From Phoronis australis (taxonomy: Eukaryota > Animalia > Phoronida), in assembly GCA_002633005.1 (NCBI GenBank), contig NMRA01000697.1, positions 124,038-188,037 of the forward strand: DNA of 64,000 nucleotides. Direction: 5' to 3'. Below the pieces are notes generated by a model. That model saw only the letters and a program-made list of their open reading frames with translations. It was not told where the DNA came from and did no database searches. Below are positions 13,603 to 26,976 of this stretch, in pieces. Position 1 is the first letter of the stretch; every line of letters begins with the position of its first letter. The position numbers and the translations under genes were made by a program.

Positions 13603-14070
13603 TGACGGGCAAGCAAAATTGGATGTGAATGTACAGCGTAAAAATCAAAATGGTGTGACATGCGATTGTCAATCACAATAGAGACACGAGGTTGTCAGTT
13701 TGAAAATATTGTACTGAAAGTAAACCGCTTTTACAGACATAACAGACAGCTTGAGCAAAAGGGGGGTTATAGTTAACAGAGTCAGAGCATCAGTTTGCAA
13801 ATCGCTATGAAGACAGGATATACACCAAGAAAAAAGTAATACTGATTAAAATCCCTTTTAAATAGGGACATAAACAGAGGCAGAAAAGTAAATACTCGCA
13901 GGCTGTAGAAGGTGCAGAACCTGTCCAAAATGACACGGTTCCAATATCCGAAATGCAGAGTGTCACACAGCATAAGCATCTTTTAAATATATATATTGGG
14001 GCTGCTATGCAGTTACTAACGACTGTGTATCACGCTATGTGCCACAGGAAGAACTACATACACTACAGGC

Positions 14071-14305
14071 GCTTCCCATTTAAAAAGGGACTTTCCCACT
14101 TTGTCCCAAACTGAAATGTAATATTACAACATAGATAAATATCTGATCAACATTTTGTCTTTAAATTTGGTTTGTAATCGATCATTACCCCCTCTCGATT
14201 ACAAACCATATTTAAAGACAAAATGTTGATCAGATATTTATCTATATTGTAATATTACATTTCAGTTTGGGACAAAGTGGGAAAGTACCTTTTTAAATGG
14301 GAAGC
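14071..14305. repeat. Fold-back palindrome with 111-bp arms and a 13-nt loop
   Basis: 14071-14181 is the reverse complement of 14195-14305 with about 3 mismatches. Confidence 0.92.
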
Positions 14306-14719
14306 ACTTATACGGAAGCGTGCATTTCTATTACATATCTATGAAAGAAAAATAAAATATCAATAAAAACACTCCAGAACACTATTCGGAGGGGCATCTG
14401 GAATAATAATACCGCAAAAGGTCGTATAAAATATACAAAGTACACAAATCAGGTAAGCAACTTGGTCCATAAAATATGATTGCCAGTAAGAAGACCTAGC
14501 ACCGCATCAAATGTGTTCAACGAATAATCTATAACTAAGTAAAACAACAAATAACATTTGTGCCTGCGATTATTCAAATCATTGTTACTGTACAACCTTT
14601 GCCCTGACGGTATGTGGAAGGGGAACCCGACTTCGCTGCCTCCGACAAGTAAGCAGATTTTCAGTTTCGTGGCTAATTCACGTAGATAATTACATGCAAA
14701 TTATTTCTTTGGCTCACTA

Positions 14720-15430
14720 TTATAGCCTTTTCGTGACTGGAGGTTTAGTTTCCAGCTCAAGCTGATTTATGTTCGTGCCAGTCCCGGCGGCCGCGACGGG
14801 TGTGATCGGGTTCCGAGCCACTGGCCGGGATAACGAGTCAGTCCGGCCGAGACGGGCCTGGATCGGGTTCCAAGCCACTGTCCAGGATAACAAGCGTTTT
14901 GTGTGGTTAGAACTAAAAAAAATCAAAAGTCTAAACAACACGGATCCTGTCTGTATTTTACGAAAGAATACTTATCTCCGAACAGACCCAAACTCCTGCT
15001 ACGGACCTTGGTAAATTGGCCTGCCGAACTTTGTAGGCAACGGTGTATCCAACTACCAATAAATCCGTTATGTAATTCCAGTATCGAACACGCACCCAAA
15101 CTATCAGTACGTCTGGAACCTGGGTGGCACACTTGTCAACCACTGGCACTAACGCATTCTACATGAGTACCCAGACCCTAACTGTGCTTCACTCCTTGTT
15201 AAGTCTTAAAATAGCTTAAGATTATCAATACACGGGCACAAAAAGCCACACCACAGCAAGAAATTTAATATCGGCAACTCACCTATCCCAGCAGGCGTGG
15301 GACAAACTCATAACCTGGGCCGCATGGCAGGTCCCTTGCCTATCCGCCCCATTGATAACCTTTTTATCTCGCCGCTGGGTCTCCTCCCCAAACACGACGG
15401 GGATTGTCGCATGATATCCCACTTATACCC
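14720..15430 (+). mobile_element. Ngaro/DIRS-type (tyrosine-recombinase) retrotransposon remnant
   Basis: EYPDP..ARNLISA..GRMAGPLPIRPIDNLFISPLGLLPKHDGDCRMISHL matches the N-terminus of the Ngaro/DIRS RT. Confidence 0.7.
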
Positions 15431-15811
15431 AGGGAAGTGGTTGTTTGGAACCAGGGCCTTGTTAGGAGGCGTTATTGGCGAGGGATTGGTTTGGGTTTGA
15501 GGTTATTAGAATCGAAAGAAATCGGCCGTTAGAAAAGCCATCTGTGGCTAAAAGTAATAACTACGTGAAGAAACTTTTGTTAAGGACAATTATCGCCGAA
15601 TAGGAGGGTGTCTACTACGTATCAAATTGTCTAATTGGGAAAACTTACATGGGAATGGACTGTTGCTCGAGGCTGGGCCAACGGGAAGCTGGAGAGAAAG
15701 AACAACCAGCGCTGCCATCGGACTAGGTAGGAACTACATAGGAATTGGATATGAAGCATGAAAGGTTGTAGAATATTATTTGCCCAAATAATAGGACTAA
15801 TGTCATAGTGC

Positions 15812-17060
15812 CATTAATCTCATTATCGACATCAATTTCGTCAATTATTGAAAATATATTACTATAAAAGTGCGGGTTATCAGTATTTGGACCTTACAAA
15901 TTTACAAGAATGACCCTCTCAACCTCCATAATTAATTCTATAATAACAACATTTACTGTAGTATATGTTCTCACATTTTGAACAGTAAAATAGAATATCT
16001 ACTCCTCTTTTAAATTTCTCTTGTAAGAGCTGACATAACAAATGTAACCCCACTGAGATTCAATGTACGGCTCCAAATCACAAGCAAAGTGGGTGTCTTG
16101 CAGACGATATATGTTAAATGCTTTACTTTTTATGTAATTAAAGACATCTCTTCTTTTTTCTGGGGTTCCTAAACCCTGGCAATTAACTGAAAAGATATAA
16201 ATTCCGACCAAAGTAGGAAGTAGAAACAAACTACTTTTACAATAGAAATTTTGAGACCACATAAAGTTTTACAAAAACTTACAGGGTGGCAGGTGGTATC
16301 GGGTATACAATCACACACCCACACACACACACACACATACACACACACACACACACACACTCACTCACAATGAAAGTATTAATCAAAAAATAGTAATAAA
16401 CAAAACAGAGGACAACGTGGACATATAACGTGACTGGTGAACTGTGGTCTTCTTCCAGTTCATATCGGCACAAGGGTATTTCCAACCAACTCAAGAGGAC
16501 TAACAAATCCAATCTGCCACACAGAGATCTCCAGTAATGAATGTCTTGGATAAACTCCATATCTTTAACTTGATGTACCTTATTCGAGCAGACTTTCAGA
16601 TATATTTTTTCCATCGTAGGTCCAATATCCTTTCTCTTCCCCTCCCACCAAGACCCCTTACCGCTTTGAATAGATTTGCCCTTCACTTTGTAAGACTCTC
16701 GTTAACATAAACGTCCGCATCAGCATCTTTCAAGAACTTACGTTGACGAAAAAAATTGAACGACCATTGTATGTGGTAAACTTAACCACAATAGGACGGC
16801 ATTGTGGCTGAGTTGAATGACTATTATGCTTGACTGAAGCGCCTCCTATTCTGTGGCTTCCACTGATATCGGCTTCAGTTGTATTGGCGACCATATTCTT
16901 AGCCAATTCTAAAGCAGTTTTATCAATTGATTCTCCTTCTGTCTCCTTTCTACCAGCAATAACTAAAACATTTCTCTTGCTATACTGTTGCTGCTCATTA
17001 CATTCTTCTTGTAAGGCGACAATATCAGAATCATACTTTTGCCTCAAATCGGACATTTAT
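15812..17060 (-). mobile_element. L1/Tx1-clade LINE, 5' part (ORF1 plus start of APE endonuclease)
   Basis: ORF1 EQQQYSKRNVLVIAG.KETEGES..HRIG..RPIVVKF; ORF2 start FSVNCQGLGTPEKRRDVFNYIK..LQDTH; (CA)n spacer between ORFs. Confidence 0.8.
16312..16365. repeat. (CA)n microsatellite
   Basis: Direct reading. Confidence 0.95.
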
Positions 17061-17712
17061 TAATATGAATTGAACAAAAACATACTTATTGAAGTTGAAT
17101 GCTTTCTAAAATTTAAAAATAGAATATTTTACATTTTGGTGTCCATCCGTCTTCGATCAGAAAAAGCAAAAGATATAGAATGGCAAATCACATGGCCACG
17201 ATCAAATTCCATTTGAATTCTATCCCAGAATTTGTCAATCCAAATATTATCCGTGTAAGATATTTTGCTGTTAGTCAGCTTAGAGAGCCTCAGATATTTA
17301 CTGTTTGACTAATTGGTGTTAGCTTAGGGAGCCTCACGCTCACTTGTCTCTTTAGCTTTGCGAGATCGGACGGGTAGTGACATCTCTATTTTTGTTATTG
17401 TTGCCACCATAGATTATAGACAACAGAATCCCAACTCCGACATTTTCTTGTGTGCTATCCTAGAGGAGGCGCCACTCTCTTAATTTATCTGTTTCAGTTT
17501 CCGGTTTGTGTATTGTGATGGGAAATTCTCGCATCTATTTTACTGTCCAGTAGGCCTACTACGTTAAAAAATAATGTCGGCTTTGAAACGCTGTTCAAAG
17601 TCTTCCAATAGTAGAACTGTTGGTATCGTGAGTACTTTTAACAATGCTACTACCACCCGTCCACACAACAGCCGACCATGATTAGCAGACGACGTACTTG
17701 CCGGAAATAACA

Positions 17713-17980
17713 CCAGGCGTGCGTTCAGTAGACGCTAGGACCTACGCTAAGGCCTAGCTAAAACCTAGTTAAAGTCACGTGTTTTCGGTTACAATACATG
17801 GCAATGTCTCACGTAATCTCGCGAAGTCTTGCTTTTTAGCGAGGTCCTAGCCTTACTGAACGGGAGGCAGGCGTGCGTTCAGTAACGCTACGACCTACGC
17901 TAGGACCTAGCGAAAATCTAGCCCAAGTCACGTGTTCTCACGTAATCTCTCGAAGTCTTGCGTTACTGAACGGGAAGCAG
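17713..17980. mobile_element. Two tandem short MITE-like units
   Basis: caggcgtgcgttcagta...tactgaacgggaggcag occurs twice (17713-17870, 17868-17980); related sequence lies on the opposite strand near 40900-41040. Confidence 0.55.
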
Positions 17981-20056
17981 ACAATTTGGCCCTTTGTCGC
18001 TAGTGAATAATGACGTAACGGCTTGTTCGTAGGAGCACACATTTCGTCCATTAAAAGTATACGGAGTTGGCGTCGATGTACAACAGTTTATGTTGCCACG
18101 CACAACCCAAGAAGAAAATAGCGTCTGCTGGTGCACTTGACACGGACAATCTGGAGAAAATTCCCGACGACTTTTCAGTCAGCTATCTTCCGAAAGGACA
18201 TAATTTTGAGGAAAGAATCAAGAGAAGGGCCTTAAATTACTCATAGATTATATTGTGTCAAGTGATTCACTTTGCGGCAACGCCACTGAATTAGGTAAAT
18301 CAAGATCGGCGAAAATTCATACAATTAGCTCTTTTAATGTACATGAAAAATAGCTTCATGCAAATTTAAACGATCGTTGGTGATTTTCTGAATCCGTTTT
18401 GGGGTGGCGGCCAGTTTTCGCCAAACTCCATCGTATTTTGTAGATGACGTTTCGGATGAGCAGTCGGATGACGATGTTGCCAATGGAGTTAAAGTTGTGT
18501 TTATTGGTAGCAAAGTCGATGGTTTAGAGCTGCCATTGGTAAGGCTGATATGACATGGTACCTGCCCGCTATTAAAAGCAAAACATTCCGGCGATAAAAA
18601 AAACTTTTGTATAAAATGCCCAAATAATTTTGAAAGGTTATCTTCTTGCAAACTTTACTAAATAAGAAATCAGATTGTTATCATGTAATGTTGGCACGAT
18701 TTCTAAATTCTTTTGGTCTACATATACCGACCACTAGACTATTTGAATTGACATAACGTTTCGGTCGGTAATTTCTCCGGCCATCTTGTGGTGTTTCATG
18801 GTTAGAAGAACGAGCACGGGTATGTGATGCGCTTATCGTGGTCATGGTTAAGCCCTTGGTTATTGGAGCACGAACGGATCTAACCAATACACTACGAAGT
18901 CACTCGAGGCACATACGAAGATGCTGGCGAGAAATTGAAATTGGTGCAAATCGGGTAAAGGCGACAGTGTGAAAGTGGTGGTTGCCTGTAGGTAGGGAGG
19001 GGGCAACATTAGCATAAACCAGATGAAGGCCTGACATTTGTGACCACCCAGCGGTAGGAGGCATCGATTTTTCGCCAATAACCCTAGCTATGGTACTGAA
19101 GCCAAACTGAAACAGTCATGATCCTATTCTTAATAGGAGTCGGAAAGCGGATTTAAATTTGAAAAAATGCAATACCAGTGTTTTTACATGAACATCTCTT
19201 TGTTTGAGAAATCTAATACAAAATCGATATCATACTACACAACAGTTTGAACTCATTGATTAACCCTTCTTATTTTGCTTCCTTCATTATTCATGCTTGT
19301 GCAACAAAGGGCAACGCTTGCTGTGACATTTACAGCTTTTTGCCCCTTGTTATCGACCTTGTCATTTGCAAGCAAGTTTCTAAAGATAGGTTTATTTGTT
19401 TATTGCAGTGCCGGGTGACAATTGTAATATTTGTTATTGTTCATGCATAAGCTCGACATTATAAATATCAAGGTACCTGGACTTCCCTGCTCGCGCGCGC
19501 CTCGCACCTGCTCGCGCACTACTCTCTTCTTTCACGCACGCTATTCAGGTGTATGAACATTCTTCTTTCCCCACAATGTTTTGCGTCTCGATGACATGAC
19601 GTATTTCTTTGCTGGTACACGGACCAACGTTTCTCCAGCACATTATACCATGCCCGCGAAAGCTATTCTATACTCTCGCAATCCATCCCCTTCTCTCGTT
19701 CCACTCCGCTCGAAAGGTATGGCTTCTAACATACAGTACTTCGGCTTCAGAATCACGAATGATAAAATAATCCTAGGGCAATGTAGAGATGCTGGCAAGT
19801 GCCCTACGGACGCGCGACACTGCACTGCAGAATCGAAAAGAGTGTTATGGTGTTCCAGAAAGACGCATGTTCCTTCTAAGTGATTAGTTCGAGCTGTAAA
19901 GTTGGATATGAAGAATGTAACTTCCAGTTGCAAGAGGAGCAACACAAAATGATTTGGGTGCGGAATAATTTGGCATAGTACCAATGCCAAGAAATTAGTT
20001 GAACGCGTTTTAGACATTTGACTAGGGAAAGTACACATTTTAACAAGGAATTTTCG

Positions 20057-20840
20057 GATTGTTCTTATACCCCTTCGACCCCCATTACCCCCTCGAACCA
20101 CGACCCCCTCGACCCTCGACCCACAACCCCCTCGACCCACAGCCTGCAACACCATCGACCCAGGATATACCAGTTCCACTCGATCTGAACATAAAAAAGC
20201 GTTAACTTGATGGATCAACAAGTCGGGCCGTGTGGCTTTTCCTGTTTTTTTGTAAATGAGAGAGTCAATTTGGCAAGTTTGTAAAAAAAACAGGAAGAAA
20301 CGACCAAATCAAATCAACGACCTATCAACGTTACAAATGTCGTTCCCGGCAAAGTGTAATCATCTCGTCTGGTCTTTACTGAATGGCAGATTCAAGCTGT
20401 TAAGTAAAAAGTATATCAACATTACATGGAGTATATTTTAAACGAATATACAACAGAAAAGAAATAATAAAAATGTGAAATTATGTCTATTCACGTTAAC
20501 GTACTCTCTCCCTAAGTTTAGTAGAACAAGACCATTTGTAGCCGCTCGCGGAACTATTTCCGTGGCAACGTTAGCACGCTCACAATTCACTATTAGAGAT
20601 CATAATTCTTATGCCGTTTTCTGTTTTTAACCACCAGACTTGAGCTAGAGCAGACCCGCGTGTAGGTAAGTCTTATGGGAAAGTGATATGATTATGAAAT
20701 GTGTGAGAAGCGCAAAGATACATCTTGTGCCATAGGTCGTGAGTCGAGGGGGGTTTAGGCCGAGGGGGTTACGGCTCGAGGGGGTCGTGGGTCGAGGGAG
20801 TGGAGGAGTACAGGTTTCGAAGGGGTTTTAGAACAATCGG
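20057..20840. mobile_element. Non-autonomous TIR element with (GACCCCTC)-type subterminal repeats
   Basis: ggattgttcttataccccttcga ... tcgaaggggttttagaacaatcg with mirrored subterminal repeats; counterpart at 56477-57842. Confidence 0.7.
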
Positions 20841-21109
20841 AATTGTTTTAATTCGGTGAATAGGTAACAAGAGAAATGAGTTTCAACAAAATACGAGGTC
20901 GTTGACAACGTTCCCGACCTCACCCATAGAACAATACTAATAACCCTGTTCCATCGTTGGTTCCTTTTTGAAATTCCCTCGTGCACGAAGCTTTCACATG
21001 GTGACCCCTAAGTATCTTTCAGACTGTTCTGACAATTCTGATCATTGCCATGGAACAATTTTCAAATTAGTGACGCACGAACGAGTCCGCTGGCGGCCTA
21101 AAACGTTAA

Positions 21110-21150
21110 ACATATATAGGCAAACTACGACCAAATTTAGTATTCACGAT
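21110..21150 (+). promoter_or_regulatory. Candidate core promoter of gene 2 (TATA-like plus Inr-like)
   Basis: TATATAG at about 21113 and TTAGTATT about 25 nt downstream, 70-100 nt before the ATG; a similar arrangement is kept at 60670-60715. Confidence 0.35.
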
Positions 21151-21213
21151 CGTTGCTTGAGTTCTAGAAGTTGAAGCAGACTATACATGTAGGCCAGTTT
21201 TTATCCTAACAAA

Positions 21214-21283
21214 ATGACGAAATTTCTATTTGGATTGAAATGGTGTTTATTGGCAAACCTTGTATCACTGTTTTGTGCGGTTG
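21214..21283 (+). CDS. Gene 2 exon 1: signal peptide, phase-1 donor
   Basis: aaaATG context; MTKFLFGLKWCLLANLVSLFCAV+G|gtaagt; 70 nt; frame and donor conserved in the paralog at 60785. Too short for the supplied ORF track. Confidence 0.8.
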
Positions 21284-23269
21284 GTAAGTATAGTTAAAGG
21301 TAGTTTTCGTTTATTATGTACGGGTAAACATATCTGCTCCTGTTGTAAAGGATCCTATGGGTGGGGGGCAGGCAGGATAACAATGTGCTGCGAATACGGA
21401 TATATTTCATCAGTGAATACAGAGGTCTGACACAAATTTTATTTACCTTTTAGTTTCATGTAACTTCGATGATTTCTATTTTGGTCTGTGCCCGCTAAAA
21501 CCAGCAAGCAGCACTGGGGCTTTCAAAATATTTTTTCATATTTGCGTTGGCACAATAAGAGACGAAATCTGTTTTACGGCCGAAAACTCCATTTTTGAAT
21601 TACTGTTGGACGGTATAAAATTATCAGCTTTGACCAGATCTATAAAACAACAAAATCCGCTGTATTTGTGAATTTATCACAAATCGCCAATTACCACAGT
21701 CATCTGCTAGACATTTCGAAGGCTCTTGAGTCTTTACCATTAAATACGGTCAAATTACTCTACTATTTAACAACTGGGATTTGTCAGCGGGGGAGCGTTT
21801 GGCTCCTGCTGCGAAGCTAGTGAGTTTTATTCGACATGACTGCTAATTTCTGTAAAGTTACTTTAAAAATTCTTGGCGAAGAAGAACATTAAAATCTTTC
21901 GTGTCCAAGATACCAGTATCTTTGCTACAATAATATTACACGGTATCGTCCACTCGGAACACCGCAGGTATTTTGATAGTGTCAAATTTCCCTAGAAGGT
22001 ACAGATTGTATGCACATGTGTAAACTTCAGTCATATGAATATTCATTCTCCAACTTGACACTCACACGATTTCTCGCATACATATACGCAAATAATGTTC
22101 AGCTAAATAGGAGGAGAAATTAGAGGTTATGAAAATACCAGAGGTGTTCCGAATGAATAAAGTCATGCGGAGCTGACAAATATTTGAAATCTAATGAGCG
22201 CACTGGTGATTGCCACCTATTTACTTTTGCAGCTATTTTTGCATCACATAACATAGCGCAATTTGCCCTCAACAGCGCGCCAATTTCATAAAAACGATTG
22301 CCGCATTGCATTTCATAAGATGGCGATTATGTTAATTTGATGTTGAGATTAGGAAAAAATTTACCTGAGGTGAGTAAACTAAGATGAGGAATTCTTCTTT
22401 AATAAATTCAAATTGATCGTTTTATCAAGAACTTGGCTGACACATAATTTGTACTTTCGCGTTTATGTTTATTTCCATGTTTAGTATGTCGTCATAGCGA
22501 AATTTGATTTCGTAAACCCGCTTTCTGTAACCCGAAAACGATTTTGAGCTAAACCACTTTCTGTTGTTCTGTAGGTCACGTGAGCTCTGAAGCAATAGTA
22601 GGCTCGTAAATTTTGCGCTCATATTTTTCGCATGTTATGAAGTTTTCAAAATGTAAAATCTACGTGCAAAGTATATAAGTGTAAAGATTGGAAGAAATCG
22701 AAGACTGGCTAATTACTTTTTCCTGAAGTCCTGGCCATCCTAGGCACTTGAAAGTGGTCCGTTTTGGTGCATACTGAGGTGTCAAAATGTATATCTATCA
22801 GGTTGTCTGAGAATGCTTTTATTTTATTTGTTAAAATTGCCACGCTTTTTCAAAATTTAGATCAAGTTTCATCTTCTTACTCTTAACAGTGAGTGGAGAT
22901 GACTGATGACGTTGCAAAAAGCATAGGTTCAAACCAGATTTGTGGGGATAATGTAGTATAATTTCTAAATGTTGATGACAAATCACTCAAATTTTATTCA
23001 AGACATTTGAATAACAAACCATTTGCACCACCAAAACAGTATGATATGCATATTAGTTTAATGGCTGGGGGTCTCGTTGACTGGTGCATGGTACATAAAT
23101 CCAACGACTGGTTGCTGAAAATACGAGCGTAAAATTACGAGTGAAAGCTACGAGCATAAAATATTCTTCAGAGCTAATGTGACCTGCAAATTTCTCATTA
23201 AAACACCAGTGAAGTCTATGTCATAATAATCCAGCGTAGTTAAGGGCGACACTTTCGTCCGAACGGCCC

Positions 23270-23460
23270 AATAGCATATCTAAATATTGCGATACTAAAA
23301 TTAGATACTACTTAAATGTATATATCTCTATGTACATGTATATTAGTTTCATTTATGAATTGTTTACAACCCAGATATAATGCTTCGCGATTTCTGGGTT
23401 TGTCACCATTTCTTTGTATGTCTTTTGTATTCTTCAATAAATATATATCACTGTTAAAAA
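23270..23460 (+). mobile_element. LINE 3' UTR fragment (same family as 47765-55857)
   Basis: Reverse complement of 47770-47906 plus 52879-52920; ends in an A-rich tail. Confidence 0.8.
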
Positions 23461-23689
23461 AACGGACCACGGTAATTTCTCAGACGGCCGATATTCCCGT
23501 CTTTATATTAAACTGAGCCTATTTTCCCTCGTTCAGATGTCGGCAGACTCGATTAATTAAGTTGATCGACCCATCAATTTAAAACTTGCCGATCTTAAAG
23601 TAGCAAGTGAGCAGTGTCGAAAGCAAAACAAACTGAAATTGCGAGTCAACAAGGCTATGATCGACCTTCTTTGACAACACTTATTGCAG

Positions 23690-23920
23690 AAGGCCGTGAA
23701 TGTAGGTTCCTCCCGTCTGGCGGCGATTACAATGGAACCCTGTCAGTCACAATTACGGGAAAGACGTGTCAGAGATGGAGTACACAGACTCCTCATACTC
23801 ATTTGTTTCAAAATACGGACAAAATGGAAAACTACTGCATGAACACGCACCATACAGGGGCGATATGGTGCTACACAACTGACCCTTCAGTGAATTGGGA
23901 ATATTGCCCTTTTTGTTCCG
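23690..23920 (+). CDS. Gene 2 kringle exon (subtype A, divergent), phase 1-1
   Basis: ttgcag|AAGGCCGT ... TCCG|gtgagt; 231 nt; 6 Cys kept, but CMNTH replaces CRNPD and CPFC replaces CPVPFC. Confidence 0.9.
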
Positions 23921-24759
23921 GTGAGTGAATAATGCGTAGTCGATAATGAATCATTACTTGTCCAGAAAACGGCACCATATTCTCTAACCAGATAGGATGT
24001 CCTTTCAGCTCATCTTCAGGAGACCGTTTTATCAAAGGTTGTCAGTACAGGTTTATAGCTAACACGGTCGAAACTTCCACTTTAAATTAATCACTGTAAA
24101 TCAACGTGGCTCCTGCAGACAGTGGTCGTTTTAACTTAGAAATCTGAATAAGAAAAAATAAGTAACTTCAGATAGAACGCCTTGCACTCATGAAAAGCGC
24201 AGTATCAAGTAGGCATTGCCGCCGTGCCTACGATCATTATAATTTAGGCTGGACTTACAACCTAAGTGTAACAAAGCGTTATGTTTTTGCACAAAGTTGG
24301 CAATCATGTTTTTAGAATAGAATACGTGTGTAAGAAGTCGTAATTAATTGCAACGCTGAAAATTAGCAAAGAGCAGCGATTCCTAAAACGTACGTGAGGT
24401 GAGACGTCGTAAGGTAATTTCTAAAATCTATTTCCACCAACTTTCAACCTGTTCATACTGACACAACGTTTCGGTTAGTCATTTCTGCTGCCATCGTCAG
24501 GTGTTACAGAGTGCCAGACTGAGAATCGAAAGAATCCCAGGCTCAAATCCAACGTGCTGCAAGAAAAATGTGCAAATTATTGACCACCAAGAATACACAA
24601 TACCTGCGCATAAACCTCTAAAACGTTGTAAGCCTGCAACATCTGAAGATGGGTGGATAAATGACAGATCGAAACGTAGTGCCAAACTAAATAGGCTATA
24701 GTTTGTGTAAATACATCAATAGATTTAAGAAATAAATATATGTCTTGGTGTTTTTGCAG

Positions 24760-24999
24760 GCCATCAAGATTGTAAGAAGGATGGGTGGGGCAAATCCTAC
24801 AACGGAACAATTAATGTAACCATATCTGGCATACCGTGTCAACGGTGGGATATGCAACACCCACACACACACGACGGTTTCGAAGGTGTTCATGAAAATT
24901 TTTGCCGAAATGTGGGGACAGACAATACCGAATCTCCATGGTGCTTCACAACAAATTCCTCAGTCAGATGGGAATACTGTCCGGTTCCATTATGCTCAG
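24760..24999 (+). CDS. Gene 2 kringle exon (subtype B), phase 1-1
   Basis: tttgcag|GCCATCAA ... TCAG|gtaggc; 240 nt. Encodes GHQDCKKDGWGKSYNGTINVTISGIPCQRW..ENFCRNVG..PWCFTTNSSVRWEYCPVPLCS. Confidence 0.92.
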
Positions 25000-25249
25000 G
25001 TAGGCACACGGTTTTCAACAGAGGTGAAATGTCTCCTGAAAATTCTTCAAACATGCGCAGGCCTCATGTTTGGGCCCATTGCACAAATCACCTGAGCTGA
25101 AAACACGAGAACGCGGATATGGTTCTTCATGAAGGGGGTTTTCAAGTCTGCCGTCTGCTTTAAGAAAAGGGACAGACTCTTCAATTTGTTGTCGTGCACT
25201 ATATTTTGCTGGCATGTAACAGTGTCCAGGTGGATTGCTATTTACGAAA

Positions 25250-26390
25250 AGTTCATTTTGATATTTTCTCACGACTGATGAAACTTTTTGTACAGTAAGT
25301 ATCTAGGTGTAACTCTAAACGAGTTTATGAATTTCACTTTGACAGCTGAGGTACTGGCAAACTGTGCGCCCAGAGCGTTGGGACCATTGGTGAGCAAGTA
25401 CAAACATATTGGTAACATGAGTTTCATCAGTTACAGTAAATGCTTTGGAATGTCGGTAGCTTCAATTCTAGAATATGCATCTGGGATTTGGGGACACTGT
25501 CAGTACTCCAAATGCACAATGATCAGAACGAGAGCACTACGTAAATTTTTAGGAGTCCACAAGAATGTTGCCAATGTAGTACTTCATGGCGACTCTGGAT
25601 GGCCAAATTCACAATACAAACAACTATGCTAAGGCTTTGGAATCGTTTAGCGGTAATGGATGAACACAGAATTGCAGGAAAAAGACTTTTTATGGGACTT
25701 TAAACATCGGAGCTCTTGCAATAAGTGAAGTTCAATATTTAAAATTATGGCGAAATGTGATTTTTAGAAAATTTCAGGAACAAGGAAATTGTGCCACTCG
25801 AAAGCATCAAAGCATTCAATTTCCAGTTAGAAGAGTTAAACTGGTTAAAAACAATCAATGATAAATCAAAACTCTGCTTATATAGACCTGTTAAGAACGA
25901 CTATTGCGTAGAATTGCATTACGTCTGCCGGTGTCTCAGAGGTCCGTCATAACTCGAGTGAGAGCAGGTACTCTACCATTAGAGGTTGAGGTTGGGCGGT
26001 ACTCCGGAATTCCTGTGAATGAACGGATTCGTCGTGTTTGTAAATACGGAATAGAAGATGAAGTTCATTTCATCTTTGATTGTTAAAAATATGCTCCTAT
26101 TCGACAATTTTTATACTAGGTTCTGCCCTACCTAAAATGTTCCAAAGTAACTTGAAAGGTTTAGCAGAATTTATTCAAGACGCTTTGCAGGTTAAAAGAA
26201 ATTATTTGTCTGTAAACTAGTCTGAAATTGTCAGATTTGAGTATATGCATTATGTTTTGTTATGGTTAAATTGTTATTAGGTGACTGAGTAGGCCCGTTG
26301 AGGCTGGGGGTCTGTTGAATATTCTGTATTTGAGATTGTGTATTTACTGGCACCCTTATGTCACTATAACAAGTAATAATAATAATAAAC
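25250..26390 (+). mobile_element. 5'-truncated RTEX-like LINE
   Basis: KYLGVTLNE..LEYASGIWG..FLGVHK; RAGTLPLEVEVGRY..VCKYGIEDEVHFIFDC; (TAA)n tail near 26375-26389. Confidence 0.8.
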
Positions 26391-26976
26391 TCAATCCGCA
26401 TATTACGTAAGATCAACTGACTTACCTGATCAACATGTAGTCAAATGTCTTCAGATCTAACGAATTCAATTAATTAAAGTATATTCTTTCAGAAAAGAGA
26501 AAATGCCTGGAATTTGATTCGGACTTCGTGACGACATATTACCGAAAGCGTCTCGTCGTCATGAATTTTTACTCAAAGTAAAATTAAAGATACATTTATA
26601 TAAAAACATCGTTATCAATGACACGACTAACTTTTTGATAAATTATTGATACCGAACTGTCGAAAGCGCTGTCGCAGTTTACCAATGAAATTACTTTCTC
26701 GGTTTTCTTTGATGTAGGTTTAGATAGGCCTACTTTCAATTAAAAGGTAAAATCTCAATTTTCAACTAGTGTTTAATGAGAAGTGAAATGTTATAAAAAT
26801 CCAAGAGTTTTTTGGAGAAGAGTGCATGAATCATGTCTGAATGTTTCAAGGAAACGATGTTGCAAGTTATGATGCTTTTGGGTTGCTCATAATCTTAATG
26901 TTTACTTACTTGTACTACTGGTGTCCATTTGTCAAACGATGCCATAATCAACTACCTTCGACAACAGTGACTACAG

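Larger units (their letters stand above)
18520..22510 (+). repeat. Segmental duplication copy 1 (upstream region, exon 1 and intron 1 of gene 2)
   Basis: Collinear with 46365-47115, 47640-47763, 55858-56682, 57511-57960 and 60550-62115. Confidence 0.88.

Noticed and set aside
19643-20221. 192-aa and 230-aa (56094-56786) minus-strand ORFs as genes
   Set aside because: Their N-terminal halves are translations of GACCCCTC subterminal repeats of a TIR element; no domain motif.
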